Shown here: positions 48,342 through 58,421 of the stretch, one piece after another | Layout: every line of letters begins with the position of its first letter | How positions within the stretch are numbered: the first letter of the stretch is position 1 | Notes under the pieces: model-generated | Database searches by the model: none | The model's input: only the letters and a program-made list of their open reading frames with translations | Told to the model about the DNA's origin: nothing | Source of the DNA: a virus | DNA length: 64,000 nt | Strand: one strand, 5' to 3' | IMG/VR virus record: IMGVR_UViG_3300045988_140636 | Program-made: the position numbers and the translations under genes

Positions 48342-48892
48342 AATGGTAATAATTTAATTGTTAGATAATAAGTTAATACCGGGGGAATATCCCCACTGGC
48401 TAAGTGATGGGGGAGGTGTGGTTGGTGTACATCTCTCTCATATAAAACAAGCCAAGAAAAAAAAATAAAAAAAAATAAAAAATAAATTTTTCATAGCACC
48501 GAAATAAAATCTCACTAAATAATTTGCATATATTATTTATTTTGCTTACATTTGTACCTGTTGAGAATATCTACAGTTCTTATCTCTCCAGAGATTCATA
48601 CCATAAAGTTGATGTACAGGCTTTGGAGATGAATAGGGTAGTAGTTCCAAATAGGAATGAGGTAACCCCTATACAAAAACTGTCTTAGTTATAAGGAGTG
48701 GTAGCCTACCAATGTAGATGAGAAAAGGTTGAGGGTAAAAGGCTCTTGGGGTAAACCGCCCACTATGAAATTCTAAGATAAGGGGATATAGTAATATATC
48801 CTCTAATGGATTTAAAAAAAATTAACAAATCCATAAGGGATAACTATACCCTAAAAGAAATAAAGTAAAATATAAAATAAAGGAAAAGTAAC

Positions 48893-49480
48893 ATGAAAGA
48901 AATCATTGTAGGAAGTAATGATAGCAGATCATATTTACCTTCATCAGGCATGCTATCCAAACTATGGCACTCTCTATTCTCTAGAACCCAATCCAAGAAT
49001 ATTTTCGAACAATTGGAGACCTATATTAACGGAATTAAAATATCCTGTTTTGATTTAGTAATAAGCTTTAATCAAAAGACATTAAAGTGGGAATTTTCCA
49101 ATAAGAGATTTAGATATAAATCTAATTATACATTATTTGGTATACTTGATCTCCTACAAAAGGAAAACGTATATATTAGATTAAATCTAGGGAAAGTATC
49201 TTACATAGAAGATAATGAAGGATTTATACAGCTATGTAAATATTTGGAGAAAAATTATCCTAAAATTAGATTCTTCGGAGGATATAGGATAAAAGATGGT
49301 AAGCAGCTCTATAAATTTGATTCAGATATAGTGGATTCAGATATACACTTATGGATAGCTTCTTCAATGAAAGATTCTAAATGGTATGAGAAGGTACTTC
49401 CGAAATTGTACTCCAGAAGAAAGAATAAAGAAAATTATTTAAAGGTAAAACCAGGAATAAACTTGTTCGATTTTGTATAA
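48893..49480 (+). CDS. hypothetical protein (first gene of the plus-strand module)
   Basis: 195-aa ORF. Confidence 0.4.
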   Translation: MKEIIVGSNDSRSYLPSSGMLSKLWHSLFSRTQSKNIFEQLETYINGIKISCFDLVISFNQKTLKWEFSNKRFRYKSNYTLFGILDLLQKENVYIRLNLGKVSYIEDNEGFIQLCKYLEKNYPKIRFFGGYRIKDGKQLYKFDSDIVDSDIHLWIASSMKDSKWYEKVLPKLYSRRKNKENYLKVKPGINLFDFV

Positions 49481-49721
49481 AATTCATAATCAATTATAAT
49501 GTATAAAATACAAGAAAAATTAGATGAGATAATAAAGAACCAAGAGATCCTTAATAAAATTCAAGTGACTATTTATGATCTATTACTAAGGATAGAAAGT
49601 AAAATGCCATCTGGGGAAAAGAGTTCTTAAGAAATTATTTAGTGGATATAGCTGGAACTATAACAGCAGAATTAGGATTAGTCGATATATTGAATGAGAT
49701 AAAGAAAGGATAAGAAAACTT

Positions 49722-50042
49722 ATGAAAAAATTAATTATCGAGTGTAATGGAAATATAGTTAAAGTTAATTTGACTGTAAACAATACATCAATTATAGATT
49801 CTTATAAGATAAAATCAGTGAACGATATGATGGATATCTTAGATAAGATAAGAGAATCTAGTAAAGAATTTTATGCAATACATCATAGAGGTATTATTGG
49901 AATGATAAATGAATGGAGAGCTCATAATCTCCTTTATAATTTGCATATAAAGAGAGATAGAACAGGAACTGTTGATCTTAATAAAGATCAGAGTATATGG
50001 GCGAAAATAGCTTATGCTATATTATCTTTCCTATATTTTTAA
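49722..50042 (+). CDS. hypothetical protein
   Basis: 106-aa ORF. Confidence 0.35.
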   Translation: MKKLIIECNGNIVKVNLTVNNTSIIDSYKIKSVNDMMDILDKIRESSKEFYAIHHRGIIGMINEWRAHNLLYNLHIKRDRTGTVDLNKDQSIWAKIAYAILSFLYF

Positions 50043-50119
50043 CATAAAATAACAAGAAATTATTTGTATATTTAAATAAATATGTCTACCTTTGTAGACA
50101 CATAAATGATATAACTATT

Positions 50120-50566
50120 ATGTATGAAGATATACTATTAACTCCTTTAGATTCCTCAAGAAAAGGAGAAGTAAACAGTACTCAGGATTTATTTATCTCC
50201 TTCTTGAATAAATTGGAAGGATGGAAAACTAAATGTAAAAACCTTCATTGGGCTGCTCCCAAGAAAAACATTCATGTATATCTGGATGAGTTCCTAGATA
50301 TTTTAGGAGATTATCAAGATGGATTGGCTGAAGGTTATATGGGAATTCTAGGAAAGATGCAACCTAATGTGATAAAGGGAATACCAAGTGATACATTGAA
50401 TGCTATGGACTTCATAGAAGAGGTAAAAATAGATACTTTATCATTTTATGATAAAATTCCCCAAGAAACTGTGTATAAAGGTATAACATCTGAATGTGAG
50501 ACTTTTATCCAAAATATTAATAAGTATAAGTACTTGTTTGGTTTATGTGATATTAGACCTTATTAA
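50120..50566 (+). CDS. hypothetical protein
   Basis: 148-aa ORF. Confidence 0.35.
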   Translation: MYEDILLTPLDSSRKGEVNSTQDLFISFLNKLEGWKTKCKNLHWAAPKKNIHVYLDEFLDILGDYQDGLAEGYMGILGKMQPNVIKGIPSDTLNAMDFIEEVKIDTLSFYDKIPQETVYKGITSECETFIQNINKYKYLFGLCDIRPY

Positions 50567-50842
50567 TGTGTTGCTCCCTTCTTCTAACGACTAGGAAATC
50601 AGTTTTGTACTCTGAGAATAAAGGTTTGAATCCTTTAGGGAGCTCTAAGTTTTTATTAGTTTACTAAGGCAATGGAAGTGAGAAATGTAATGAGTGTATT
50701 CATTGGGAATACAGTGAGAGAAGTTATTAACTTTGCTAACAATAATTCTATATCTAAAGAAGATATAGTTTCAATAATGAAAGACAAAGACCAGATATAT
50801 CTTATTTATTATAGACATATCCCAATTTAAAAGAAAGCTAAT

Positions 50843-51136
50843 ATGGAGAAGCAGGAAGTAGTAGAAAGAGAACTAATGCCTCAAGAAGAGTTTGAGAAGT
50901 ACATAAAAGATAACAGTGGATTGAAAACTTTTGAAGCTGTAGGAAGATATAAATCTGTGAGGAGAGCTATTAAAAGAAATCATGTAACTGGAGAAGGATT
51001 TCTCATTCCAAGAAGACCTTTCAATAATAGAGCTAATACTAGTAAAAAGAAAAAAGCTCATAGTAGAAGTGTGAATGAATACAAGAAGAATATTTATGGA
51101 CAACTTATTAAATACTACAAAAGAGAAGCTCAGTAA
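50843..51136 (+). CDS. hypothetical Lys/Arg-rich protein (possible nucleic-acid binding)
   Basis: Basic C-terminal half TSKKKKAHSRSVNEYKK. Confidence 0.3.
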   Translation: MEKQEVVERELMPQEEFEKYIKDNSGLKTFEAVGRYKSVRRAIKRNHVTGEGFLIPRRPFNNRANTSKKKKAHSRSVNEYKKNIYGQLIKYYKREAQ

Positions 51137-51323
51137 AGAAGACTATGAGAAGATTCCAGTAGCCTATTGTAGAAACTGTCTATCTTTAAATATCATGAAG
51201 ATAGATGATGATGATCCAGAACTTGACTATTGTGATGAATGTGGAAGCACATCTGTCTTAGTAACAAATATAGATAAATGGAGAGAATTATATAAAGAGA
51301 AATACGGGAAACATTTAATATAA
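51075..51323 (+). CDS. hypothetical zinc-ribbon protein
   Basis: CRNC ... CDEC cysteine pairs. Confidence 0.35.
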   Translation: MNTRRIFMDNLLNTTKEKLSKEDYEKIPVAYCRNCLSLNIMKIDDDDPELDYCDECGSTSVLVTNIDKWRELYKEKYGKHLI

Positions 51324-51331
51324 ATAGTATA

Positions 51332-51628
51332 ATGGAAGAGAATGTAAAAGATACAGCAGTAAAAGAGAATGCAAAAATGAGTTATGAGCAGTTAGAGAAT
51401 GTAGCACATCAATTGAGTGAGCAAGTTAGACAATTGTATGCAAAACTTCAAGAATCTAATCTAGAGAATATGTTCAAAAGATTAGATTATCTCTTTAAGG
51501 TAATTGAAAATGCTCATGCATTTAATGCAGAATTCATTTCTAAATGTACTTCAGAAATAGAGTCTTTAATGACTCTTCCTGACCCTGAAGATGAACCTAA
51601 AGAAGATTCAGACCAATCCGAAAATTAA
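51332..51628 (+). CDS. hypothetical acidic protein
   Basis: 98-aa ORF. Confidence 0.3.
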   Translation: MEENVKDTAVKENAKMSYEQLENVAHQLSEQVRQLYAKLQESNLENMFKRLDYLFKVIENAHAFNAEFISKCTSEIESLMTLPDPEDEPKEDSDQSEN

Positions 51629-52016
51629 ATATATGAATAGGAAAGCTAATAATGTTATTAGAATTCCTACTTCACTAGATGGTAAATTTTTCGAATATTG
51701 GTTTAAGTTTCTTAGACCTTTCCATAATTTGACAGACAGAGAAATAGATGTTATTGCATGTTTTGTAAAACATAGATATGAACTCAGTAAGGTTATCAAA
51801 GATAATGACATACTTGATAAAGTTACTATGAGTGAAGATACCAAAAGAAAAGTAAGAGAAGAGTGTAATATAACTCTTCCTCACTTTCAAGTAATTATGG
51901 GCAAGCTAAGGAAGAATGAAGTAATAATAAATGGTAGAATAAATCCTAGATTCATACCTAATATAGAGGAAGGATGCAATACTTTTCATTTATTGTTATA
52001 CTTTGAATTAAAATGA
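51591..52016 (+). CDS. hypothetical protein
   Basis: 141-aa ORF. Confidence 0.3.
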   Translation: MNLKKIQTNPKIKYMNRKANNVIRIPTSLDGKFFEYWFKFLRPFHNLTDREIDVIACFVKHRYELSKVIKDNDILDKVTMSEDTKRKVREECNITLPHFQVIMGKLRKNEVIINGRINPRFIPNIEEGCNTFHLLLYFELK

Positions 52017-52291
52017 GATATGAAGACATTTTGAATAAAGTTGCTGCAGATTTAGGTATCCCAATTGAAGTAGTAAAACTAGCCTATAAATCTTATTGGG
52101 AGTTCATAAGGCAAACTATTCAATCCTTACCATTAAAGGATAATCTAAGTGAAGAGGAGTTCTCTAAATTAAGAACTAATTTTAATATTCCAAGCCTAGG
52201 GAAACTATCTTGCACATTTGATAGAATGACCAGGATGAAAAAGAGATTCGAATATATAAAGAAATTAAGAAAGGAAGACAAATATGATTAA
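52013..52291 (+). CDS. HU/IHF-like DNA-binding protein
   Basis: 92 aa; DILNKVAADLGIPIEVVKLAYKSYWEFIRQTI ... SLGKLSCTF follows the HU/IHF helix-helix-arm pattern; an IHF-like gene is conserved in crAss-like structural modules. Confidence 0.4.
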   Translation: MRYEDILNKVAADLGIPIEVVKLAYKSYWEFIRQTIQSLPLKDNLSEEEFSKLRTNFNIPSLGKLSCTFDRMTRMKKRFEYIKKLRKEDKYD

Positions 52292-52709
52292 AGTAAAAAA
52301 GATACGTCCCATGTTCACTGCATTAGTAACCACCATGAATAAGTATGAGGATGATATAAAAACTTCTGCTGGCCTAATAGATACAAGTAGACAAAAAGGA
52401 ACTCTAAAAGAGTATCAGACAGTACTTGCCATAGGAGACTCAGTAAGAGGAATTAATGTAGGGGATATTGTATGTATAAATCCTTCTAGATTTGCGGTTA
52501 AGAAACATAAGGAAGGATCATTAAAAGATGGTATCGTTGCTGATAATCCAGTTGTAACCTTCAATTTTGACATAATCGAACTGGATAATAAGCAATGTTT
52601 ACTACTTCAAGACAGAGACATTGATTTTGTAATTGAAGATTATGAGGAAATTCCAGATGTGGCTCCTTCAAATATAATCATACCTAGGAAAAAGAAAATT
52701 CTTTCCTAA
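52284..52709 (+). CDS. hypothetical protein
   Basis: 141-aa ORF followed by a terminator. Confidence 0.35.
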   Translation: MIKVKKIRPMFTALVTTMNKYEDDIKTSAGLIDTSRQKGTLKEYQTVLAIGDSVRGINVGDIVCINPSRFAVKKHKEGSLKDGIVADNPVVTFNFDIIELDNKQCLLLQDRDIDFVIEDYEEIPDVAPSNIIIPRKKKILS

Positions 52710-52715
52710 ATTCAG

Positions 52716-52758
52716 GAAGGCCAGTCAGTTAGTTGGCTGGCCTTTCTTTTATTTTTTT
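52716..52758 (+). terminator. intrinsic terminator (GGCCAG...CTGGCC hairpin plus T-run)
   Basis: Inverted repeat 52718-52723/52735-52740 followed by tttcttttatttttttttt. Confidence 0.55.
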
Positions 52759-52779
52759 TTTCTTTAATTTTCTTTATTT

Positions 52780-53121
52780 ATGAGTATAGAAGATATTATA
52801 GAGTCTTTGAATAGGTACATACGTCTAGAAAGAAATGAACAAGGGATCTCTGTTAACAGCCATCTGGTTTTGCAAAGAATTGTAGAGCCTAATTCGACAT
52901 TTAAATCATATAAGAAGTATGAATGGATAGTGTGGCTCATTGACAATGATTCTAAATATAAAATTGTCATAGTTTCTCTTACAGAAAAAGTTCTGAAAGA
53001 TCAAGAAGAGGGAATAAATAAGAGATTATGTAATTCTTTATTAGAAGCTCTTTTTAGATTTATAAGAACTGAGGATTACAATCAAATAGTAAATGGTAAT
53101 TATAAGGGAGGAAGTCTATGA
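52780..53121 (+). CDS. hypothetical protein
   Basis: 113-aa ORF. Confidence 0.35.
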   Translation: MSIEDIIESLNRYIRLERNEQGISVNSHLVLQRIVEPNSTFKSYKKYEWIVWLIDNDSKYKIVIVSLTEKVLKDQEEGINKRLCNSLLEALFRFIRTEDYNQIVNGNYKGGSL

Positions 53122-53657
53122 GGTTATTAAAATATGAAGGATTTAAATTGACATTTGAACCGGAGTTACTTACCATAAAAGTCTTTAAGAAGCTTCATCA
53201 GAGAGATAAAACCAAAGATAAAAGTAAATTTTTACAGGAGTTAGGGTATATATATTTTTTTGTAGATCCTAGATCTGATTTTCAAATATATACTGATGAA
53301 GAGGAGAGACATAAAAAGATATTAGAAGGTATAGGAGTTTCTGACACTTGGAAGATAGATAAAGATTTACAAGAAGCTATAGATTATTATGCTAAATTCA
53401 AACCGATATCAGCTCTGTTATTAGATGATACTAGAGCTATGATTAATGGATACAGAAGCAAGTTAAGAGCTTTAACAGCTACTATGGCTGATCTGGATGT
53501 GAAAGAAACAAAAGATGTAGGAAGTATAATAAAGCAAATACCTTCTCTAGTAAAAGATTTGGATGAAGCTGAAAAGGCAATTACTAAGGAAATTGCTTCA
53601 AATGATAGAGTAAGAGGTAGTGTAGAAAAATCCATGTATGAAGATCTTACACTGTAG
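53118..53657 (+). CDS. hypothetical protein, possible terminase small subunit by position
   Basis: Immediately upstream of the large terminase; no motif. Confidence 0.25.
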   Translation: MRLLKYEGFKLTFEPELLTIKVFKKLHQRDKTKDKSKFLQELGYIYFFVDPRSDFQIYTDEEERHKKILEGIGVSDTWKIDKDLQEAIDYYAKFKPISALLLDDTRAMINGYRSKLRALTATMADLDVKETKDVGSIIKQIPSLVKDLDEAEKAITKEIASNDRVRGSVEKSMYEDLTL

Positions 53658-53668
53658 CATATTTTATT

Positions 53669-55927
53669 ATGGATGAAGAAGTATTAATACAAACTAATGA
53701 ATATCAAACTCCTATAACCAGAGAACTTTTATCTAAATATCCAGATGAAGTGGTAGAGCAATTTATGGACTTCATTTCTACAGTTCCTTTTATTCAGAAT
53801 CTTATTTCTTCTTCTAGACCAAAAATAGAAGATTTACCCAGAGATAAGTATAATAGAGCTATTATAGATATAACTAACCCACCAATATATAAAGATGCAG
53901 ATTATTTCAGGCAATCTGCATTGTATTTTCTAAAAGAAGGGGTATATACAAAACTTATACCTAATCCTAATCCTAATAGTGAGTATAGAAGATTCTGGGA
54001 TAGAGAAATAGATAGATGCTATAATGGTCTCTTAAGAGAATCTGATGGAATGTGGATTCCAGGATATTTATATTGGTTCCTCAATTATTGTCCAATGATG
54101 ATAAATGAATATCAGAAGGGCAAAAAGAAAGCTATAAGAAAGGAGGGATTCGGGCTATTCTTTGAAGGAATTTGGCTACGGTATCTATACCTTAATGACG
54201 CCAGAGAAGAAGGCCATCATGCTGCAGAGCTTGCTAAGAGAGGTTGTAGTAAAAGTTACTCATTGGCATCTATAATGTCAAAAAATTTGATAATAGGGGA
54301 GTCTGGGGAAACTCAAAGAAGAAATATTACAGTTCTCACAGCATACCAAAAGGAGTATCTTAGAGATGATAAGGATGGAACTTTAAGTAAGTTTGTTCCT
54401 ACTTTATCTCACTTGTCAAAATACACTCCATTTCCTAGACTAATGATTAAACAGTCATCTAATGAGATGACCTGGCAAATGGGATATAAGGATGAGTATG
54501 GGAAACTTCAAGGGTCACTAAATATGGTTATGGGGGTATCTGCTAAAGATGACTCCGATAAGTTAAGAGGAAAGAGAGGTTGGATATTATTTGAAGAGTT
54601 TGGTAACTTTAGTGGACTACTGGAGCTTTACGATGTTACTAGAAAATCAGTAGAAGATGGTGATTTTACTTTCTCTCTAATGTATCTTGTGGGTACAGCC
54701 AACAATAAAGAATCTAATTTCCAGTCTGCTAAAACTTTATTATATGCCCCCAGTTCTTATAATATAAAAGAAGTAAAAAATGTATATGATAAGAAAGGTC
54801 AAGGAAAAGATTACTTCGCATATTTCTTTCCAGCTTACTTAAATAGAGCAGGATGCTTTAATGAAGATGGAATATCGGATGTAGTAATGGCCCTATTACA
54901 AATATTGAATAATAGATATAAAGCAAAATATGGAGCTGATCCAACTTCAGTATTAAGAGTAATAGCAGAAGATCCTATTACTCCTGCAGAAGCTATTATA
55001 AAGGTAAAAGATGCTTATTTTAATGTACAAGCTCTTAATGAGAGAGCTTCTCAATTGGATAAAAATCCTAGCCTATATAATGATATATATGTTGGGGAAT
55101 TATATATTGATGGAGAAGGAGAAGTAAAATTCAGACCAACTGATAGTACTCCTATACGGAGTTATCCAGTTGATAATGATACTAAGGGAGCATTGGAGAT
55201 ATATGCTATGCCTGAAAAGGACAAATCTGGTAAAGTATTCAATAACAGGTATATTATAGGAGTAGACCCTGTTGATAATGATGTAGCTGAATCCTCTTCA
55301 TTATACTCATGCTTTGTATTCGATTTATTTACTGATACCATAGTAGCTGAGTTTACTGGAAGAAATCCTTTTGCTGATGATAATTTTGAGATAACAAGAT
55401 TATTATGTTTGTTCTATAATGCAAGATGTTTGTATGAGAGTAATAAGAAAGGAATATATGCATATTTTAAAGTTAAAAGAAGTGTTCATCTTTTAGCTGA
55501 AACTCCAGAGTATCTTAGAGACAAACAACTTATAAAGTACAGTAATGTTGGATCTAATGCATATGGAGTAAATGCCAGTTCTGCTATTAATAATTATGCT
55601 AATTCTTTATTAAGAGATTGGTTTAATAAATTAGTTCAGATATCAATAGAAAAAGAAGATGGAACTTATGATCAAGTAAGTGTTCCTGTAATACATACTT
55701 TAAAAACAAGAGCTTTAATAGAAGAGGCTATACAATTTAATCCTGAAATCAATGTAGATAGAATAAGAGCTATGGGAATGGTTATGATATATAGACAAGA
55801 ATATATTATAAGATATGGTGATAATATGAATGCTGAGTCTAGAGAAAAATATGATGAGGATGATTTAAGTAATGATCCCTACTTTAGAAATAACTATGAT
55901 CTTAGATTTGGTAGTAAATTTAGCTAA
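53669..55927 (+). CDS. terL: terminase large subunit
   Basis: Walker A-like LAKRGCSKS in the N-terminal ATPase region and RNase H-like nuclease motif YIIGVDPVDNDVAESSSLYSCFVFD; 752 aa. Confidence 0.7.
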   Translation: MDEEVLIQTNEYQTPITRELLSKYPDEVVEQFMDFISTVPFIQNLISSSRPKIEDLPRDKYNRAIIDITNPPIYKDADYFRQSALYFLKEGVYTKLIPNPNPNSEYRRFWDREIDRCYNGLLRESDGMWIPGYLYWFLNYCPMMINEYQKGKKKAIRKEGFGLFFEGIWLRYLYLNDAREEGHHAAELAKRGCSKSYSLASIMSKNLIIGESGETQRRNITVLTAYQKEYLRDDKDGTLSKFVPTLSHLSKYTPFPRLMIKQSSNEMTWQMGYKDEYGKLQGSLNMVMGVSAKDDSDKLRGKRGWILFEEFGNFSGLLELYDVTRKSVEDGDFTFSLMYLVGTANNKESNFQSAKTLLYAPSSYNIKEVKNVYDKKGQGKDYFAYFFPAYLNRAGCFNEDGISDVVMALLQILNNRYKAKYGADPTSVLRVIAEDPITPAEAIIKVKDAYFNVQALNERASQLDKNPSLYNDIYVGELYIDGEGEVKFRPTDSTPIRSYPVDNDTKGALEIYAMPEKDKSGKVFNNRYIIGVDPVDNDVAESSSLYSCFVFDLFTDTIVAEFTGRNPFADDNFEITRLLCLFYNARCLYESNKKGIYAYFKVKRSVHLLAETPEYLRDKQLIKYSNVGSNAYGVNASSAINNYANSLLRDWFNKLVQISIEKEDGTYDQVSVPVIHTLKTRALIEEAIQFNPEINVDRIRAMGMVMIYRQEYIIRYGDNMNAESREKYDEDDLSNDPYFRNNYDLRFGSKFS

Positions 55928-56015
55928 AAAGAATGTTAGGAATTAATAAACTATTTATATTATTGTTTTAGAAAGCAGTTTCACGTAACTTTGTAAAGAA
56001 TAAAATGAATCAAAT

Positions 56016-58421
56016 ATGTCTGAATTAATAAATTTACCTCCACAGCAATTACCGTTCTCCAAGAAGAATAAGAAGTGGAGAAAGGCACATCTTGATTGGG
56101 CTGACTCTAAAACTTTCTTCAATTATAGTCTTGTAAGAAAATCTGTGATTCATAAAAAGATTAACTACGATCTTTTGAATGGGAAACTCCATATGTCAGA
56201 TATAGAGTTGGTGTTGAATCCTGATAATATAAAGGCTGGATTTGTTCCAGATAGGATTCAGCATTACCCTATTATGAATAGCAAATTAAATGTATTAAGA
56301 GGTGAAGAATCCAGAAGAATTTTTGATTATAGAGTAGTTGTAACTAATCCAAATGCTATCTCTGAAATAGAGAATAATAAAAAGGAAGAGCTATTACAGA
56401 ACCTACAAAAACTAATAGCTGATACATCTAGATCTGAAGAAGAATTCAACCAAGAACTCGAGAAACTAAATGATTATTATACCTATGAGTGGCAAGACAT
56501 GAGAGAGATAAGAGGGAATGCTGTTCTTAATCATTATGTTAAAGAATATAATATCCCATTATTGTTTAATAATGGCTTCATGGATGCAGTTACTGTAGGT
56601 GAAGAGATGTATCAATGTGATATTGTTGGGGGAGAACCTATAATAGAAAGACTTAATCCTTTAAAGGTTAGAGTATTCAAATCAGGTTATTCTAATAAAA
56701 TAGAAGATGCCGATATGATTATAATAGAGGATTATTGGAGCCCTGGTAGAGTTATAGATACATATCATGATGTCTTAAGTAAAAAAGATATTGAATATAT
56801 AGAGAATATCCCTGACCATATTGGTCAAGCATCTATTGACTCAATGGATAATATAGATGAAAGATTTGGATATGTAAATAACCATATGGTAGGAGAAGAG
56901 ATAAGTACAGATGGGTTCTATTTTGATCCCTTTAATCTATTTTCAGATTCTATTTCAAATTCTTTACTTCCTTATGATCTAGCTGGTAATATTAGAGTGC
57001 TAAGGATGTACTGGAAATCCAGAAGGAGGATAAAAAAGGTTAAATCCTATGATCCAGAGACTGGAGAAGAGGTTTATAATTTCTTTCCTGAAACCTATGT
57101 TATAGATAAGGATAATGGAGAGGAGGAACAAATATTTTACATAAATGAAGCCTGGGAAGGTACTAAGATAGGAACTGATATTTATGTAAATATGAGACCA
57201 AGAGTAGTACAATATAACAGATTGTCTAATCCATCTAGATGTCATTTCGGTATTATAGGAAGTATATATAATCTTAATGATAGTAGGCCATTTTCTTTAG
57301 TTGATATGATGAAGAGATATAATTATTTCTATGATGTTATTCATGATAGACTAAATAAGATAATGGCTAGAAACTGGGGAAAACTATTAAGATTAGATCT
57401 CGCCAAAATTCCGAAGAAATGGGATATAGAAAAATGGATGTATTATGCCAAAGTTAATGGTATAGCAGTTGAAGATAGCTTCAAAGAAGGTAATATAGGA
57501 GCAGCTAGTGGAAAACTTGCAGGAGCTCTTAATAATTCCTCTTCTGGAGTAATAGATGCTGAGTTTGGGAATTCTATTCAATCACAGATTAACCTTCTTG
57601 AATTTATTAAAATGGAAATGTCTGAAGTGGTTGGAATTACTAGACAAAGAGAAGGACAAATAAGTAATAGGGAAACAGTAGGAGGAGTTGAGAGAGCTAC
57701 TTTACAGTCTTCCCATATAACTGAATGGTTATTTGTTATACATGATGATGTAAAGAGACGGGTATTAGAGTGCTTTCTGGAAACGGCTAAAATAGCTTTT
57801 AAGGGTAGAAGTAAAAAGTTCCAATATATTTTATCAGATAATTCTATGAGGATTATGGATATAGATGGAGATGAATTCGCAGAAGCTGACTATGGTTTAG
57901 TTGTTGACAATAGCCAAGGTACTCAAGAATTAGCACAGAAACTAGATATGCTAGCACAAGCTGCTTTACAGAATCAAACATTGTCATTCTCTACAATTAT
58001 GAGATTATATGACTCTAGTTCTTTAGCTGAAAAGCAGAGATTAGTAGAGAAAGATGAGCAAGCTATACAAGCAAGAAATGCCCAAGCTCAACAGCAACAA
58101 ATGCAAGCACAGCAGCAAATAGTTCAGTTAGAGAATGAACAAAGATTAGCTGAGATGCAGCAGAAAGAGCAAGCTAATATAAGAGATAATGAAACTAAAA
58201 TCATTGTAGCTCAGATACAGGCTAATAGTAAGGAAGATGGAATAAGTGAACCTGAGACTGATGAAGATAGAGCTAATTTAAGAGAAAAAATTAGGGGGTT
58301 CGATGAGAAAATGAGATTAGAAAAGGGGAAACTTTCCTTTGAGAGAGAGAAGCATTCAGATGATGTAAGAATAAAAGAAAAGTCTTTAAAGAAGAATAAA
58401 AATACTAACTCTAATAAATGA
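56016..58421 (+). CDS. portal protein (801 aa, Gln-rich C-terminal tail)
   Basis: Position directly after terL, size typical of crAss-like portals, C-terminal QARNAQAQQQQMQAQQQIVQLENEQ. Confidence 0.55.
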   Translation: MSELINLPPQQLPFSKKNKKWRKAHLDWADSKTFFNYSLVRKSVIHKKINYDLLNGKLHMSDIELVLNPDNIKAGFVPDRIQHYPIMNSKLNVLRGEESRRIFDYRVVVTNPNAISEIENNKKEELLQNLQKLIADTSRSEEEFNQELEKLNDYYTYEWQDMREIRGNAVLNHYVKEYNIPLLFNNGFMDAVTVGEEMYQCDIVGGEPIIERLNPLKVRVFKSGYSNKIEDADMIIIEDYWSPGRVIDTYHDVLSKKDIEYIENIPDHIGQASIDSMDNIDERFGYVNNHMVGEEISTDGFYFDPFNLFSDSISNSLLPYDLAGNIRVLRMYWKSRRRIKKVKSYDPETGEEVYNFFPETYVIDKDNGEEEQIFYINEAWEGTKIGTDIYVNMRPRVVQYNRLSNPSRCHFGIIGSIYNLNDSRPFSLVDMMKRYNYFYDVIHDRLNKIMARNWGKLLRLDLAKIPKKWDIEKWMYYAKVNGIAVEDSFKEGNIGAASGKLAGALNNSSSGVIDAEFGNSIQSQINLLEFIKMEMSEVVGITRQREGQISNRETVGGVERATLQSSHITEWLFVIHDDVKRRVLECFLETAKIAFKGRSKKFQYILSDNSMRIMDIDGDEFAEADYGLVVDNSQGTQELAQKLDMLAQAALQNQTLSFSTIMRLYDSSSLAEKQRLVEKDEQAIQARNAQAQQQQMQAQQQIVQLENEQRLAEMQQKEQANIRDNETKIIVAQIQANSKEDGISEPETDEDRANLREKIRGFDEKMRLEKGKLSFEREKHSDDVRIKEKSLKKNKNTNSNK

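Noticed and set aside
48449-48480. Repeated AAAAAAAAAT units, considered as possible CRISPR or tandem repeats
   Set aside because: Simple A-tract low complexity with no spacer structure; no CRISPR arrays anywhere in the window
50581-50842. Partial S-like string AAGATATAGTTT at about 50757, considered as a fourth plus-strand group I intron
   Set aside because: No R, Q or P elements nearby, and the segment encodes a plausible small ORF (MEVRNVMSVF...)
52764-52970. Minus-strand 68-aa ORF overlapping the plus-strand ORF 52780..53121
   Set aside because: The plus-strand ORF is longer, co-directional with its module and follows a terminator, so the minus ORF is a shadow
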